This document shows, piece after piece, positions 34,917-47,700 of a DNA stretch of 64,000 nt; the first letter of the stretch is position 1, and each line of letters opens with the position of its first letter. The position numbers were made by a program, and so were the translations under genes. Under the pieces are notes generated by a model. It had not been told where the DNA came from. It was given only the letters and a program-made list of their open reading frames with translations, and ran no database searches. The stretch covers positions 1 through 64,000 of the forward strand of contig NIVC01002452.1 in assembly GCA_002269645.1 (NCBI GenBank), in the 5' to 3' direction. The stretch comes from Macrostomum lignano (Eukaryota).

Positions 34917-37900
34917 CTGCAATATGTGCGCGATTGGGAGGATATTATGCAGTTCTTATTGATTCTTTCGGAATACTGTATATCTGCTTATTTATTTTTC
35001 TAGATCTAATTATAAGACCTCTGTTATACAACATTTTCCTAAGGGACTCAAGCCAAGTTAATTGCCCATTTGAGTCTTGCCAAGGTCAATTATAAAGCAG
35101 CAGAGTCAGTTGAGACTCCAAATTTCTCATTTGCATTAAGAAACCCACGCATTGGATATAGAATAAAGAAATCTAAAGCTTAAGGCTAAAGGTAGGCCTA
35201 ACAAAAATGAGAATTTACTAGGATTAAAAATGAAATTTGATAATTTTATTCCAGCTTTATACTTTTAGCATTGCTATTTAAGTATGATCCATAAATATAT
35301 ATATTACTCTAGAATTTACATATAGACAATAAAATAAAGATAAGATCTACTGAATATACTAAATATAGGACACTCACTTTGTACACTTTTATGCACAATG
35401 CAAAAAGCTAAAGTATTATAGAACTAAAATAAAATCGTCCTTATACCACTTATGCACTGCTAAATACTTATTAGGCCTAGGCCTAGCCTATTCTAGATTT
35501 TGATAATATTTATGATTGGTATTTTAGATGAACTAGATAGATAATTTGCTGATTAGTACAATTGTTCAATATGTTTATAGGTCTATATTTTTGTAGTTAT
35601 AAAGAGTGAGATGATAGTTTGAGTATTTTTGCCAACTTTTAACGTTTATAATTAACACATATTTTATCATGTCATGTCAATCACTCTTTTTGATCTAGTT
35701 TTTAGCTAATTCTAATGTTCTAATTATAGACAAATACTATAATTTTATACAATAAAAACTCAGTATTATTGGTTGAAATCAAAGTTTCTTTCTTATAAGG
35801 TTTTCAGTGGCAATTATCTAGGACAAAATATTTTGAATCTCTTTGACACTAGCTCTAGATTTTGGCATAAACTTGTCATAGGCCCTAACTTCTTCATAGC
35901 CTTTTGCATTAGGTCTAGATATAGTAATGTTAATCTTTTGCCTTATTGTAGCGCATGGCTTAGGTGCCCCAGACACCCACCCTTACTGTGCCGCAATGGC
36001 ACCTAAATAAAGATGTTAGACAGAGGGGAAGCACTTAACTTTGCCATATTGCACCCAGTGGGAGATTTAGGGGGAAAGCACACAAGGCAGATTTTTTTAT
36101 ATAGAAAAAAACACATTATAATGTATATGTACATTTTTGTCTATATCCCACTTCACTATACTACACTACACCTGCTGCCTTTTATTGCTTTGCCACATTG
36201 CGCCATGCCAGGATATACTTTATAAATCAAGTGCGCATAACAAAAAATATTTCACCAAGAAAGGCACACATAACAGTGGATTTTTTTGCCAGAAAAGTAT
36301 GTATATCATTGGATTTAAATGTAAACAAGGGTAACACTAGCACCAATATTAATTTACTGAAGCTCCCTTATTGCAAAGAAAAATTTTAATGAAGTTTTGC
36401 ATATATGTACATTTATTTTTTTTACTTTATACAAAATGCATTATTTGTTTTACCTAAATGAATTTTACCTTGGGTGCCATGCCACGCCGCACTATGCCAG
36501 GCTGATCTATGCAAGATACTGTTTACTAAAATGCCTATGCACTGTAATTGGGATCATTTGCATTTGTCTACCCAATTAGGCCTAGGTCCTAGCTTATCTA
36601 AATTGTACTTGTGTTGTGTATTTGATGCTACAATATGAAATTATTGGGATAAGGCTAAAGAGGTTGGTTGCATTGGCATAGAGCCCAGTATTCAGGAAGT
36701 CAATTTTATTTATTGTTTTTTAAAGGCAATTGTTATTGTTACAATGATGATACAAATAAAAAGCAATGGTTATTTTTACAGTTAACATATAAAATGGTGC
36801 ATGACTAAGATGTAAGACTACTTATATACTAAGACTGCCACAGCTAGGCCTATTACTAGCTATTGGTATTGAAGGCTAGGTTTTTTAAGGTTAGAAATCC
36901 AGTTGCTAGCTGGCTTTTAGGACTCAAAATCTAGTTGCCAATAGCTATTTTTGGTTGCCCATTGGCAACTAGCCAAATTCTTGAAGATAGATATTTCTAA
37001 GGCTATGTTTAAAAGGCAGAAATTTGTTCTCTTAACTCTAAAATTGCTATCAATATGGCAAACAATAACAAACCAACAATTCCATCATATTGATTCATAT
37101 GCCTATGGCACTTTTTATTAAATTTACAAAATCATTTTTTGAAATTGGCAACTGGCTTGTGGAAAATGAAGTTGCCAGATTGGCCTCTAACGCCAAAAAT
37201 CCAGTTGCAAATGAGATTTTCAAAGGGCCAAAAAACCTTGTATAGCCTAAAAAACCCAGATTGAGAGGGAGCTACCAATCTTCTAGCATTGCTATTCCTC
37301 TCACAGGTTCCTTTCTTGCAACCCAACCTTATCCTGCTGGCTCCCCTATCTACTCGTCTCCTTTTAGCACTAGGGGGCCTATCCAATAACATTACATATT
37401 AAGCCAAATTTCTCCTCTAGCTCCCTCAAGTGTGGTCTTGGTCCTATACCCATAAAAAACATAAATTAAATGACAATTAACAAACTTTCACTGCAAAAAA
37501 TAAAAGGTTCTTAAGTTTAAAAAATAAAGAAACATATTATTTATATACTAGGCCTAGATAGTAACTTATAATAGTTCTTGTTACCAACAGCTAGCTTTAA
37601 GCTTACTTATATAATTATTAACTATTAATGTAAATGAACTTTCTTCTCTATGATTGTAAAAATAGCCATTTTGCTTCTTACATATGATGACCATAAAAAT
37701 AGCAGTTTTGCTATTTAAATTATATCTATATGGTTAGCCCCCTCCCTACATTAAGTTAAAACCTTAAGCCTAGACAGTGTCTTATGTGTTGACTGTAAAA
37801 AATGGTTTCGCTATTTATATGGTCACCATAGCATAACAATAACAACTGCCTTTTTTAAAACATTCTGCAGTTCAAGTTAAACAAATTTGCATAAGCCTGT

Positions 37901-39749
37901 TTGTACTTGATACAATACATCTTGGGTTTTACACATTTTATTATGCAATACAAGTTGTATCCTACATGTAATCAATTTTTACTTTGCATTTGTGCGGCAT
38001 ACTAACTGGCTAGGGCCTAACGAAAAACTGAAGCTAGCCTATCTAAATTGCAACTAGAACAAGAACGACTAGGGCCTATTAGGCCTAGGGCCTACGGCCT
38101 AGTATTAGTATTTCTAGGGCCTAAGCGAATTTTTTTAAGTAAGCTAAATGGCTAGTTTAAAAAAGAAAGGTTATGCATGTATGGACCAAAGCCTATCTTT
38201 GTAAGAACAAAAAACATAGAGTTTTTTACTTTAAGAGCAGGGCTGCATTCTGCATTATAATAACATGACATCAGTATTTTGAAGTTCAAGCAGCACGCAC
38301 GCATTGCAAATTCGATTTTTAATTGTTAGTAACGTGCAGTTAAATGAAGGACTCATTAAAAATTGTTTAAAAAACTGTCCTAGATTCTATCAGAGCTTGA
38401 TAATTCACTCATTATTTTTCTATTTTTCCTAGCCGTATTAATGTTGCTGTTGCTAATAAAAACTTAGCATTTTGTGCTTCTTTTAAAATCTGGTTTTTCG
38501 ATGACCTGCGAGAACTCAGTTGACCGTCGTCATGGTCAAACTGTGGCACAGTTGCGCATTTTTCGTCAAGCTTTTGTTCATTTGCTAAGTGAAATGGAGG
38601 CCTACTTAAATTACCCATTCATCTGGAGCATATGATTATCAAATATCAAATAATTGCGTTATAGGTCTAGAATAGATAGTAAGAAAGGCTTACTATGTAT
38701 GCACATGCTAGTAATAAATTGGGATTGGGAATTGTCCATGAATGCTTATAAAATTTTCTACATCAGGATCAGATTGATAAGAGTAGCAAAATATGCACAT
38801 GCACTTAACTACAGTGTAGGCTATCATAGTTTGCAACATCAATTAAGGCATCAAGGTATAGGCCTAGTGTATACTATGTATGTATACAATTCCAAACTTA
38901 TAAATTCTAAGCATAAGCAGAGAGGGCTACAGTGACAGAAATAGATAGATAGCTATATTGCTACATGCTAATACTTATATTGCATGCAATATGTTGTCTA
39001 TGATGCCAAGCCAGGCTAGTCAACTAGGAAAGTACATTTTCTAGGTCACTAGGTGACTAGGTCTAGACTCTTAGAGTTTTTTAAATTAAATAAAATGAAA
39101 GTTGTAGTCTAACAGGGGAAGGGGGCTACTCAATAAATATGTGCAATTTATATCAGTTTGGATATATTTTTTGTTTGTTTGTTTTTGTTGTATACTACTT
39201 GTACTTAATCAAATTTCTTTATTTGTATTCTTTGTCTTTTGGGATAAATATCTAGCTAACTAACCTATCTTAATAATGCTAAAACAAAAACTATTAAGTA
39301 ATATAAAGACTAGAAGTTTATAGTTTGTTACTACTAGCAAAATGTTGGCTTACAAATATTGGCTCATACAAGGTGAGATGAGTATGTTTATCTTATCTAC
39401 TACAAAAACCCCATAAGTCATGCCCTTAATATACATATAGGGGTGCAATATATACTGTCTCATTGCTTTCTACTTATGACAATAAGAACTAAGGTTGCTA
39501 TAAGTAGGCCTAAGCTTAAAATTATCTAGTTATCTAGTCTGTTTAAAATTACACTGTCTCATGTCTGTTTTAACTCATGCCTTATGATAATAATAATATT
39601 AATATCAATTAAGTTAGGCCTGTTCAAGGCTATTTTATGTTATAATGTAATGATTTAAGTTTTAATGTCTAGAAGAGTTTCATTGCTGCTCCTGCCATTT
39701 ACCCAATTTAAACTTTGTTTTCCTCCACTCTCTCTTATGCAATATTGCA

Positions 39750-40117
39750 ATGCCGTCTCCAGCTGCGCCACTGCTAATGCGCCTGCTAGCCTGCTCAGCA
39801 TCTGCCGCGGTGCGCGCTGGCGCCTATGTCCACGAGGTGATGCGCAGTGGCGAGCTCGGCATCGTCATCAAGGGCCACAATGATCTGCAGACGCAGGCAG
39901 ATCGAGGCGCCCAGCGGCTCATCACGGCCAACCTGCGGGCCGCCTTCCCTGGCCTGACTGTCATCGGCGAGGAGGAGGAGGACCCTGCAGCGGCGCCGCT
40001 TGGCCCTGATGAGATCGTTGAACCTCTGGACGAAGTGCTGCAGCAGTGTCACAGGTGTGCCAGGGCTGAGACTCGTGGCATTTCTGGACTTAGGGGAACT
40101 AACTAACTAACTAACTG

Positions 40118-40165
<48 letters not shown>

Positions 40166-40166
40166 C

Positions 40167-40208
<42 letters not shown>

Positions 40209-40209
40209 G

Positions 40210-40292
<83 letters not shown>

Positions 40293-40304
40293 GACTAACT
40301 AACC

Positions 40305-40379
<75 letters not shown>

Positions 40380-40380
40380 C

Positions 40381-40423
<43 letters not shown>

Positions 40424-40432
40424 CAACTAACC

Positions 40433-40463
<31 letters not shown>

Positions 40464-40513
40464 CAACTAACTAACTAACTAACTGACTAACTAACTAACT
40501 AACTAACTAACTG

Positions 40514-40564
<51 letters not shown>

Positions 40565-40763
40565 GACTAACTAACTAACTAACTAACTAACTGACTGACT
40601 AACTAACTGACTAACTAACTAACTGACTAACTAACTGACTAACTAACTAACTAACTAACTAACTGACTAATAACTAACTAACTAACTGACTAACTAACTG
40701 ACTAACTAACTAACTGACTAACTAACTAACTAACTGACTAATAACTAACTAACTAACTAACTG

Positions 40764-40814
<51 letters not shown>

Positions 40815-40840
40815 GACTAACTAACTAACTAACTGACTAA

Positions 40841-40889
<49 letters not shown>

Positions 40890-41994
40890 GATTAACTAAC
40901 TGATTATCTAACTAACTGAATGACTAACTAAATAACCAACTAAAAGAAATACATAAAAACCAACCCACCCTCTGTGTACTGCAGATGCCCCGAAAAAGTA
41001 CAAAACGTTCGACCCGAAGATCTAACAGTCTGGGTCGATCCACTCGATGGCACATCGGAATTTGCCGACAATCTACTCGACAATGTCACCGTGCTGATTG
41101 GAGTGGCACTGGAAGGTCAAGCTGTTGCCGGGGTGGTGTACCAGCCTTATTATCGCTACCTAACCGACCCCAGTCAGGCTGGCCGGCTGGTCTGGGGCCT
41201 GGACGGTCTGGGCATCTTCGGCATGGGCTCGGACTCGCACCGCCCTCTGCCCACTGGTCGCGTAGTTGTCACCACGCGCAGTCACGACAGCGATACTGTC
41301 ACGGCCGCCGTGACTGCCTGCGGTCCTACTCAGGTAGTAGTGCAGTCAGTGTCTCCTCAGCACTGTGTGTTAGGCTCTCCTTTGCCCTCTGTGTGTGTCA
41401 CCCTTTGCCCTCTGTGTGTGTTACCCTTTGCCCTCTGTGTGTGTTACCCTTTGCCCTCTGTGTGTGTTACCCTTTACCCTCTGTGTGTCACCCTTTGCCC
41501 TCTGTGTGTGTTACCCTTTGCCCTCTGTGTGTGTTACCCTTTGCCCTCTGTGTGTGTTACCCTTTGCCCTCTGTGTGTGTTACCCTTTGCCCTCTGTGTG
41601 TGTTACCCTTTGCCCTGTGTGGGCTATCCTCCGCTGTCTCCAGTATTACCCTCTGCCTACCTATCCCTCCGTCGCCATCTATAAAACCCAGACCCTCCGA
41701 GTCGGAGGCTGCGGCCACAAGGTGCTGCTGCTGCTGGAGCGGCGGGCTCACCTGTACATCTTCGCCTCGGCCGGCTGCAAGAAGTGGGACACCTGCGCTC
41801 CGGAGGCGTTGCTGCGCGCAGCCGGCGGTCGCTTGACCGACATCTTCGGTCGGCAGCTGCGCTACGATCCCGGAGTTGAACGGCCGAACAACCGCGGCGT
41901 CCTGGCGGCGATGCGGGTGGAAGATCATCAGCGCTGCGTCGAGGCCATGCCCGAAGATGTTCGACAGAAGCTTCAGGGCCCGAAGCAGAGCTGA
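39750..41994 (+). CDS. BPNT1: 3'(2'),5'-bisphosphate nucleotidase 1; exons 39750-40054, 40985-41333, 41692-41994 (318 aa)
   Basis: LLMRLL, DLQTQADR, VIGEEE, VWVDPLDGTSEF, VTVLIGVA, RVGGCGHKV, GCKKWDTCAPEALLRAAGG; phases 2 and 0 consistent. Confidence 0.9.
40099..40945. repeat. (CTAA)n microsatellite in BPNT1 intron 1
   Basis: About 200 units with CTGA/CCAA variants. Confidence 0.95.
41375..41655. repeat. About 23-bp minisatellite (ccctttgccctctgtgtgtgtta) in BPNT1 intron 2
   Basis: About 10 units. Confidence 0.9.
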
Positions 41995-42133
41995 TGGCCT
42001 GGCTGCATAGTGCAGTGTTTGCGCTGTCTATGGAGCACTCACAGCTTCCAGACATGTGCCACCAGAGTTTTCATTCTTCTTCATAGTGGGCCTACAGATT
42101 AGCTGTTAATGAGTTATTAGTTAGTGGGCTAGC

Positions 42134-42134
<1 letters not shown>

Positions 42135-42173
<39 letters not shown>

Positions 42174-42204
42174 CAGTTAGTTAGTCAGTTAGTTAGTTAG
42201 TTAA

Positions 42205-42243
<39 letters not shown>

Positions 42244-42244
42244 A

Positions 42245-42319
<75 letters not shown>

Positions 42320-42370
42320 CTTAGTTAGTTAGTTAGTTACTTAGTTATAGTTAGTTAGTTAGTTAGTTAA

Positions 42371-42419
<49 letters not shown>

Positions 42420-42420
42420 C

Positions 42421-42455
<35 letters not shown>

Positions 42456-42534
42456 CAGTTAGTTAGTTAATTAATTAGTTAGTTAGTTAGTTAGTTAGTT
42501 AGTCAGTTAGTTAGTCAGTTAGTTAGTTAGTTAA

Positions 42535-42575
<41 letters not shown>

Positions 42576-42592
42576 CAGTTAGTTAATTAGTC

Positions 42593-42631
<39 letters not shown>

Positions 42632-42644
42632 CAGTTAGTTAGTC

Positions 42645-42683
<39 letters not shown>

Positions 42684-42684
42684 C

Positions 42685-42715
<31 letters not shown>

Positions 42716-42716
42716 C

Positions 42717-42767
<51 letters not shown>

Positions 42768-42768
42768 C

Positions 42769-42815
<47 letters not shown>

Positions 42816-42850
42816 CAGTTAGTTAGTCAGTTAGTTAGTTAGTTAGTTAA

Positions 42851-42891
<41 letters not shown>

Positions 42892-42892
42892 C

Positions 42893-42923
<31 letters not shown>

Positions 42924-42958
42924 CAGTTAGTTAGTTAGTCAGTTAGTTAGTTAGTTAG
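42135..42958. repeat. (TTAG)n microsatellite downstream of BPNT1
   Basis: Reverse complement of the intron-1 array, similar length. Confidence 0.95.
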
Positions 42959-43491
42959 CCCTGACTTTCTCTATAATTGTTAAGTAGATGCAGTTAGGGA
43001 TGAAACTAATATATTTTCGGGCACACATATTTCCTGAATCAGCAGTCCGCCATGCATGCAAATATTTTTTCTAGTAATTATCTTCAACTTCATGTACAGT
43101 ACAGTACGACTTACAAAGATGGCTTTCCCTATCTGCCTTCCTGTGAATTATTATTAATTATTTTTTGTTTTTGCTTGCGCAGCGGTCAATTATAAAAAAG
43201 GCCTGAAATATAAAAAATAAGTTTTCTATATTGCATTGATTGCTTGTTTGTTGACTGACAATTTATAAGATAGTGAAATTGAAACTTGCTTTATTCTGTT
43301 AACCGTATAGTTGTATTCACCGAAGTTAAGCAACGTTGGGTTTGGTTTTCATTGCATAGGCATTGATTGCATAGGCTTAGGGGCAGGCTCTCACTTGTTT
43401 GCGGGAGCGCGGTTTGGTTCGCCGGTGGCGGCCAGACCTACATGTACCTCGATCTCGCTGGGCTGGCCCGGCCCCAATGGTAGACCCTGAC

Positions 43492-43843
43492 CAGGGGCGT
43501 CGCCATGGATTTTATGGTCGGAGGGGGACAAAGCCAAAAATTCCACAAGTACACGCACATGACTAAATTCCTACATATCGAGTATTATGAGAATCGTGTT
43601 GTCAGCGCTCATTTTGGCGCCGCAGACACTCATTTTGGCGCCGTAGGCATTTCTTTTTTAGCGCTGCAGGCACTCATTTTAGCGACATAGGCATTAGACG
43701 AAGGCGCTAAATTTTGACGCCCTGAAGAGAAATTATTGATTACCACAAGTCACAAGGCGGGTTGGGGGGGACAAAGCATTGGCAAATGTCCCCCCCATAG
43801 CTTTTACTGGGAGGGGGGACATCCCCCGGTGGCGACGCGCCTG
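43492..43843. mobile_element. hAT MITE with 8-bp target-site duplication
   Basis: TIR caggggcgtcgcca / tggcgacgcgcctg (13/14 match); ACCCTGAC on both sides (43484-43491, 43844-43851). Confidence 0.85.
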
Positions 43844-43959
43844 ACCCTGACTGATTGGTAGCTGACGCCCGTGAATGGTGGTCCCTGAGGAGACTGCGAA
43901 TCCACAAGCGGTGCCATAGCCTTGCCAATAATAATTGAGCTTTGCAGTTAAAAATAATG

Positions 43960-44253
43960 ATAATTGATTACACCTGCCATATAGTTGCACAAGGTGTGCA
44001 ACCGACAGCTCAGCCGCAGCTACATGTATTGCACGGTGCATCTGAAGGCAGTGTGCGGCTGTTCGGGGTCGCCACACCCTCAATTACCCCAGCTAATGCT
44101 GGCACCCATTTTACAGCATGGTGAATCGAAACAGTGCAGAGTTAATTAGTGTCTTGCTCAAGGACAAATTGTTCCAGTGGCTTTGGGAATCGAACCCCTG
44201 ACTTTCAAATTTTGAGTCCGATGCTCTAACGTAAACACTAGGCTACAACCCCC
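43960..44253 (-). mobile_element. CORE-SINE, second near-full copy
   Basis: Colinear with the reverse complement of 25726-26022, including B box and CORE. Confidence 0.8.
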
Positions 44254-44782
44254 TTTCGCAGTTAGGACACCCAATCACCTATGAAGGCATATACGAACCC
44301 CGCCGATGGTTAGCCCACCGGAGACTCCCATGGGGACCAAAACTTGAGGTGGCGGCCCGAGATTAGGCCCCTATGGTGGACGAATCCACTATTCTCAGTT
44401 TTGTATAGTCCTTGAACGGGCTGATGCATGGTTTGTCCAAAAGCGACCTATTGCGCCGTCAGCGACATCAGCTGACAGGCTAAATCGACATTGCGCGCGC
44501 CGAATCGCTCTGCCCTACTAGCGCTGCCATTATTAATTGTATTAATTGTTACTAGATAAATTAGTAGGTCAGCAAGTCCATATTCTGAAAGGTAAATAAT
44601 GATGTTTTCTGAAATATTTAATCTTCTATCTACAGTTATATCGTGCGCATTCGTGCCTGGAATAAATTTCAAATTATTTAAGATGCCTGACGAATCTGGT
44701 GAAATTCGAATGAACAAATTTTAATTACAACAGTCTGCAACTCGATACTGTGTACTCTGACTTCTAATTCCCCAGTTACAGC

Positions 44783-47700
44783 ATGAGATTGGCGCTTCTA
44801 GCTTTGAGTCTGGCTGCTTTAGTGCAGTGTGCCTTCTCTGGTGAGTTTTTAACACAGACATAAGTACAGTCTGACCCACGCTGAAACTATAGCTGACCCA
44901 TATTGGAAAAGCCTGGATTTAAACTTCTTGAGTTTGTTAGAACAGTCCAATCCTTATGATAGCAGTCTGACAACCACTAGAGCAGTCTGACAACCACTAG
45001 AGCAATCTGACAAACCACTAGAGCAGTCTGACAACCACTAGAGCAGTCTGACAACCACTAGAGCAGTCTGACACACACTAGAGCAGTCTGACAACCACTA
45101 GAGCAGTCTGACACACACTAGAGCAGTCTGACACACACTAGAGTAGTCTGACACACAGTAGAGCAGTCTGACACACACTAGAGCAGTCTGACACACACTA
45201 GAGCAGTCTGACACACACTAGAGCAGTCTGACACACACTAGAGCAGTCTGACACACACTAGAGCAGTCTGACACACACTAGAGCAGTCTGACACACACTA
45301 GAGCAGTCTGACACACACTAGAGCAGTCTGACAACCACTAGAGCAGTCTGACAACCACTAGAGCAGTCTGACACACACTAGAGCAGTCTGACACACACTA
45401 GAGCAGTCTGACACACACTAGAGCAGTCTTACACACACTAGAGCAGTCTGACACACACTAGAGCAGTCTGACACACACTAGAGCAGTCTGACACACACTA
45501 GAGCAGTCTGACACACACTAGAGCAGTCTGACACACACTAGAGCAGTCTGACACACACTAGAGCAGTCTGACACACACTAGAGCAGTCTGACACACACTA
45601 GAGCAGTCTGACACACACTAGAGCAGTCTGACAACCACTAGAGCAGTCTGACAACCACTAGAGCAGTCTGACACACACTAGAGCAGTCTGACACACACTA
45701 GAGCAGTCTGACACACACTAGAGCAGTCTGACACACACTAGAGCAGTCTGACACACACTAGAGCAGTCTGACACACACTAGAGCAGTCTGACAAACACTC
45801 ACTAGAGCAGTCTGACAAACACTCACTAGAGCAGTCTGACAACCACTAGAGCAGTCTGACAACCACTAGAGCAGTCTGACACACACTAGAGCAGTCTGAC
45901 AAACACTCACTAGAGCAGTCTGACACACACTAGAGCAGTCTGACACACACTAGAGCAGTCTGACATTCAATAGAGCAGTCTGACAACCACTAGAGCAGTT
46001 TGACACACACTAGAGCAGTCTGACACACACTAGAGCAGTTTGACACACACTAGAGCAGTCTGACACACACTAGAGCAGTCTGACACACACTAGAGCAGTC
46101 TGACACACACTAGAGCAGTTTGACACACACTAGAGCAGTCTGACACACACTAGAGCAGTCTGACACACACTAGAGCAGTTTGACACACACTAGAGCAGTC
46201 TGACACACACTAGAGCAGTCTGACAACCACTAGAGCAGTCTGACACACACTAGAGCAGTCTGACAACCACTAGAGCAGTTTGACACACACTAGAGCAGTC
46301 TGACACACACTAGAGCAGTCTGACACACACTAGAGCAGTCTGACACACACTAGAGCAGTTTGACACACACTAGAGCAGTCTGACACACACTAGAGCAGTC
46401 TGACAACCACTAGAGCAGTCTGACACACACTAGAGCAGTCTGACAACCACTAGAGCAGTTTGACACACACGGTCTGACCCTCGGTCTCCGCTCAAAAAAT
46501 TTCAGTTCGACTCCCACCCTCGCTAACAAGGACGCCGCCAAAGGAGGCGGCCTTCAAGCCTGGTGAGCCCTTCAGGCTTGAGTGCGAGGCCTCGGGCAGT
46601 CCGGCCCCGACATTCACATGGAAGCGAAACGGTCAGGTGCTGGATTTGACAGCCGACTCAGATCGGTACGAGCGGCCTTCTGGCTCGGGAACGCTAGTGC
46701 TCGTTTCTCCCGGTGTCCGTGACGACGGATCTTACCAGTGTCTGGCCCAGAATAAGCTGGGCGTGGCCGCTTCGAACCTAACGGTAAGTTTGGAAAATTG
46801 GAAATTTCATTAATAGGTCGACAGGTAAACCGTAAGCGATCCCATCAGATCCTCAGGTTATTCCTTTCAGGATTTCGTACCATATATTCTCATTATTCCC
46901 ATTTTTATTCTCTAACTAATTCCCAATCAATGCCTGCAGTTCCTTCGCCCTGCCATGCTGGGCCAGTTTCTTCAAGAGCCGAGTGCCACGGTGCGGCGGC
47001 GGCTTGGAAGTCGGCTGGCATTGCCCTGCGTGCCGCCCATAAATTTCCCCGACGCCCCGGTAGTCTGGCACCGGATTGCAGATGCGGACGGCGCCCAGCC
47101 GATGGTGATTCAATGGTCCAATCGAATCAACATCGACCCCGTGAATGGCAACCTGCTGTTTTCTAACATTCAGCTGTCCGACAAGGCAACCTACCGATGC
47201 AGCGTGGAGAACAGGATTCTTAGACGGGCTGTTCAAGGTGGAAGCTACCGGCTGGATGTGATCAAAGGCGCCATCACATCGGCTGCTGCTCAGCTCATGG
47301 CGCAGAAACCCTCTTTTATAACTGCTCTCGCGAACAGAACTCTCGATTTGTTTTGCTTCTTCTCCGGCTTCCCGACGCCCAGCATCCAGTGGAAGAAGGA
47401 TTCGACTGAGGTCTCTTCGGGGGAGCGGCTGCAACTGCTGGACTCTGGCGCCCGCCTGCGGCTCATCGATATTGACCCGGATTATCACGCTGGTGAGCTC
47501 GCCGAGGCCAGCTCTGCTGCCCCATCCTCGGGCTGGAGCGCTCCCAGATCCTCGGTTGCTGGGCCAGCCTCCCAGATCCTCGTTTGCTGGGCCAGCCTCC
47601 CAGATCCTCGTTTGCTGGGCCAGCCTCCCAGATTCCCAGTTACCAGACCAGCCTCCCAGATTCCCAGTTACTAGGCCGGCCCTCCAGATCCCCAGTTACT

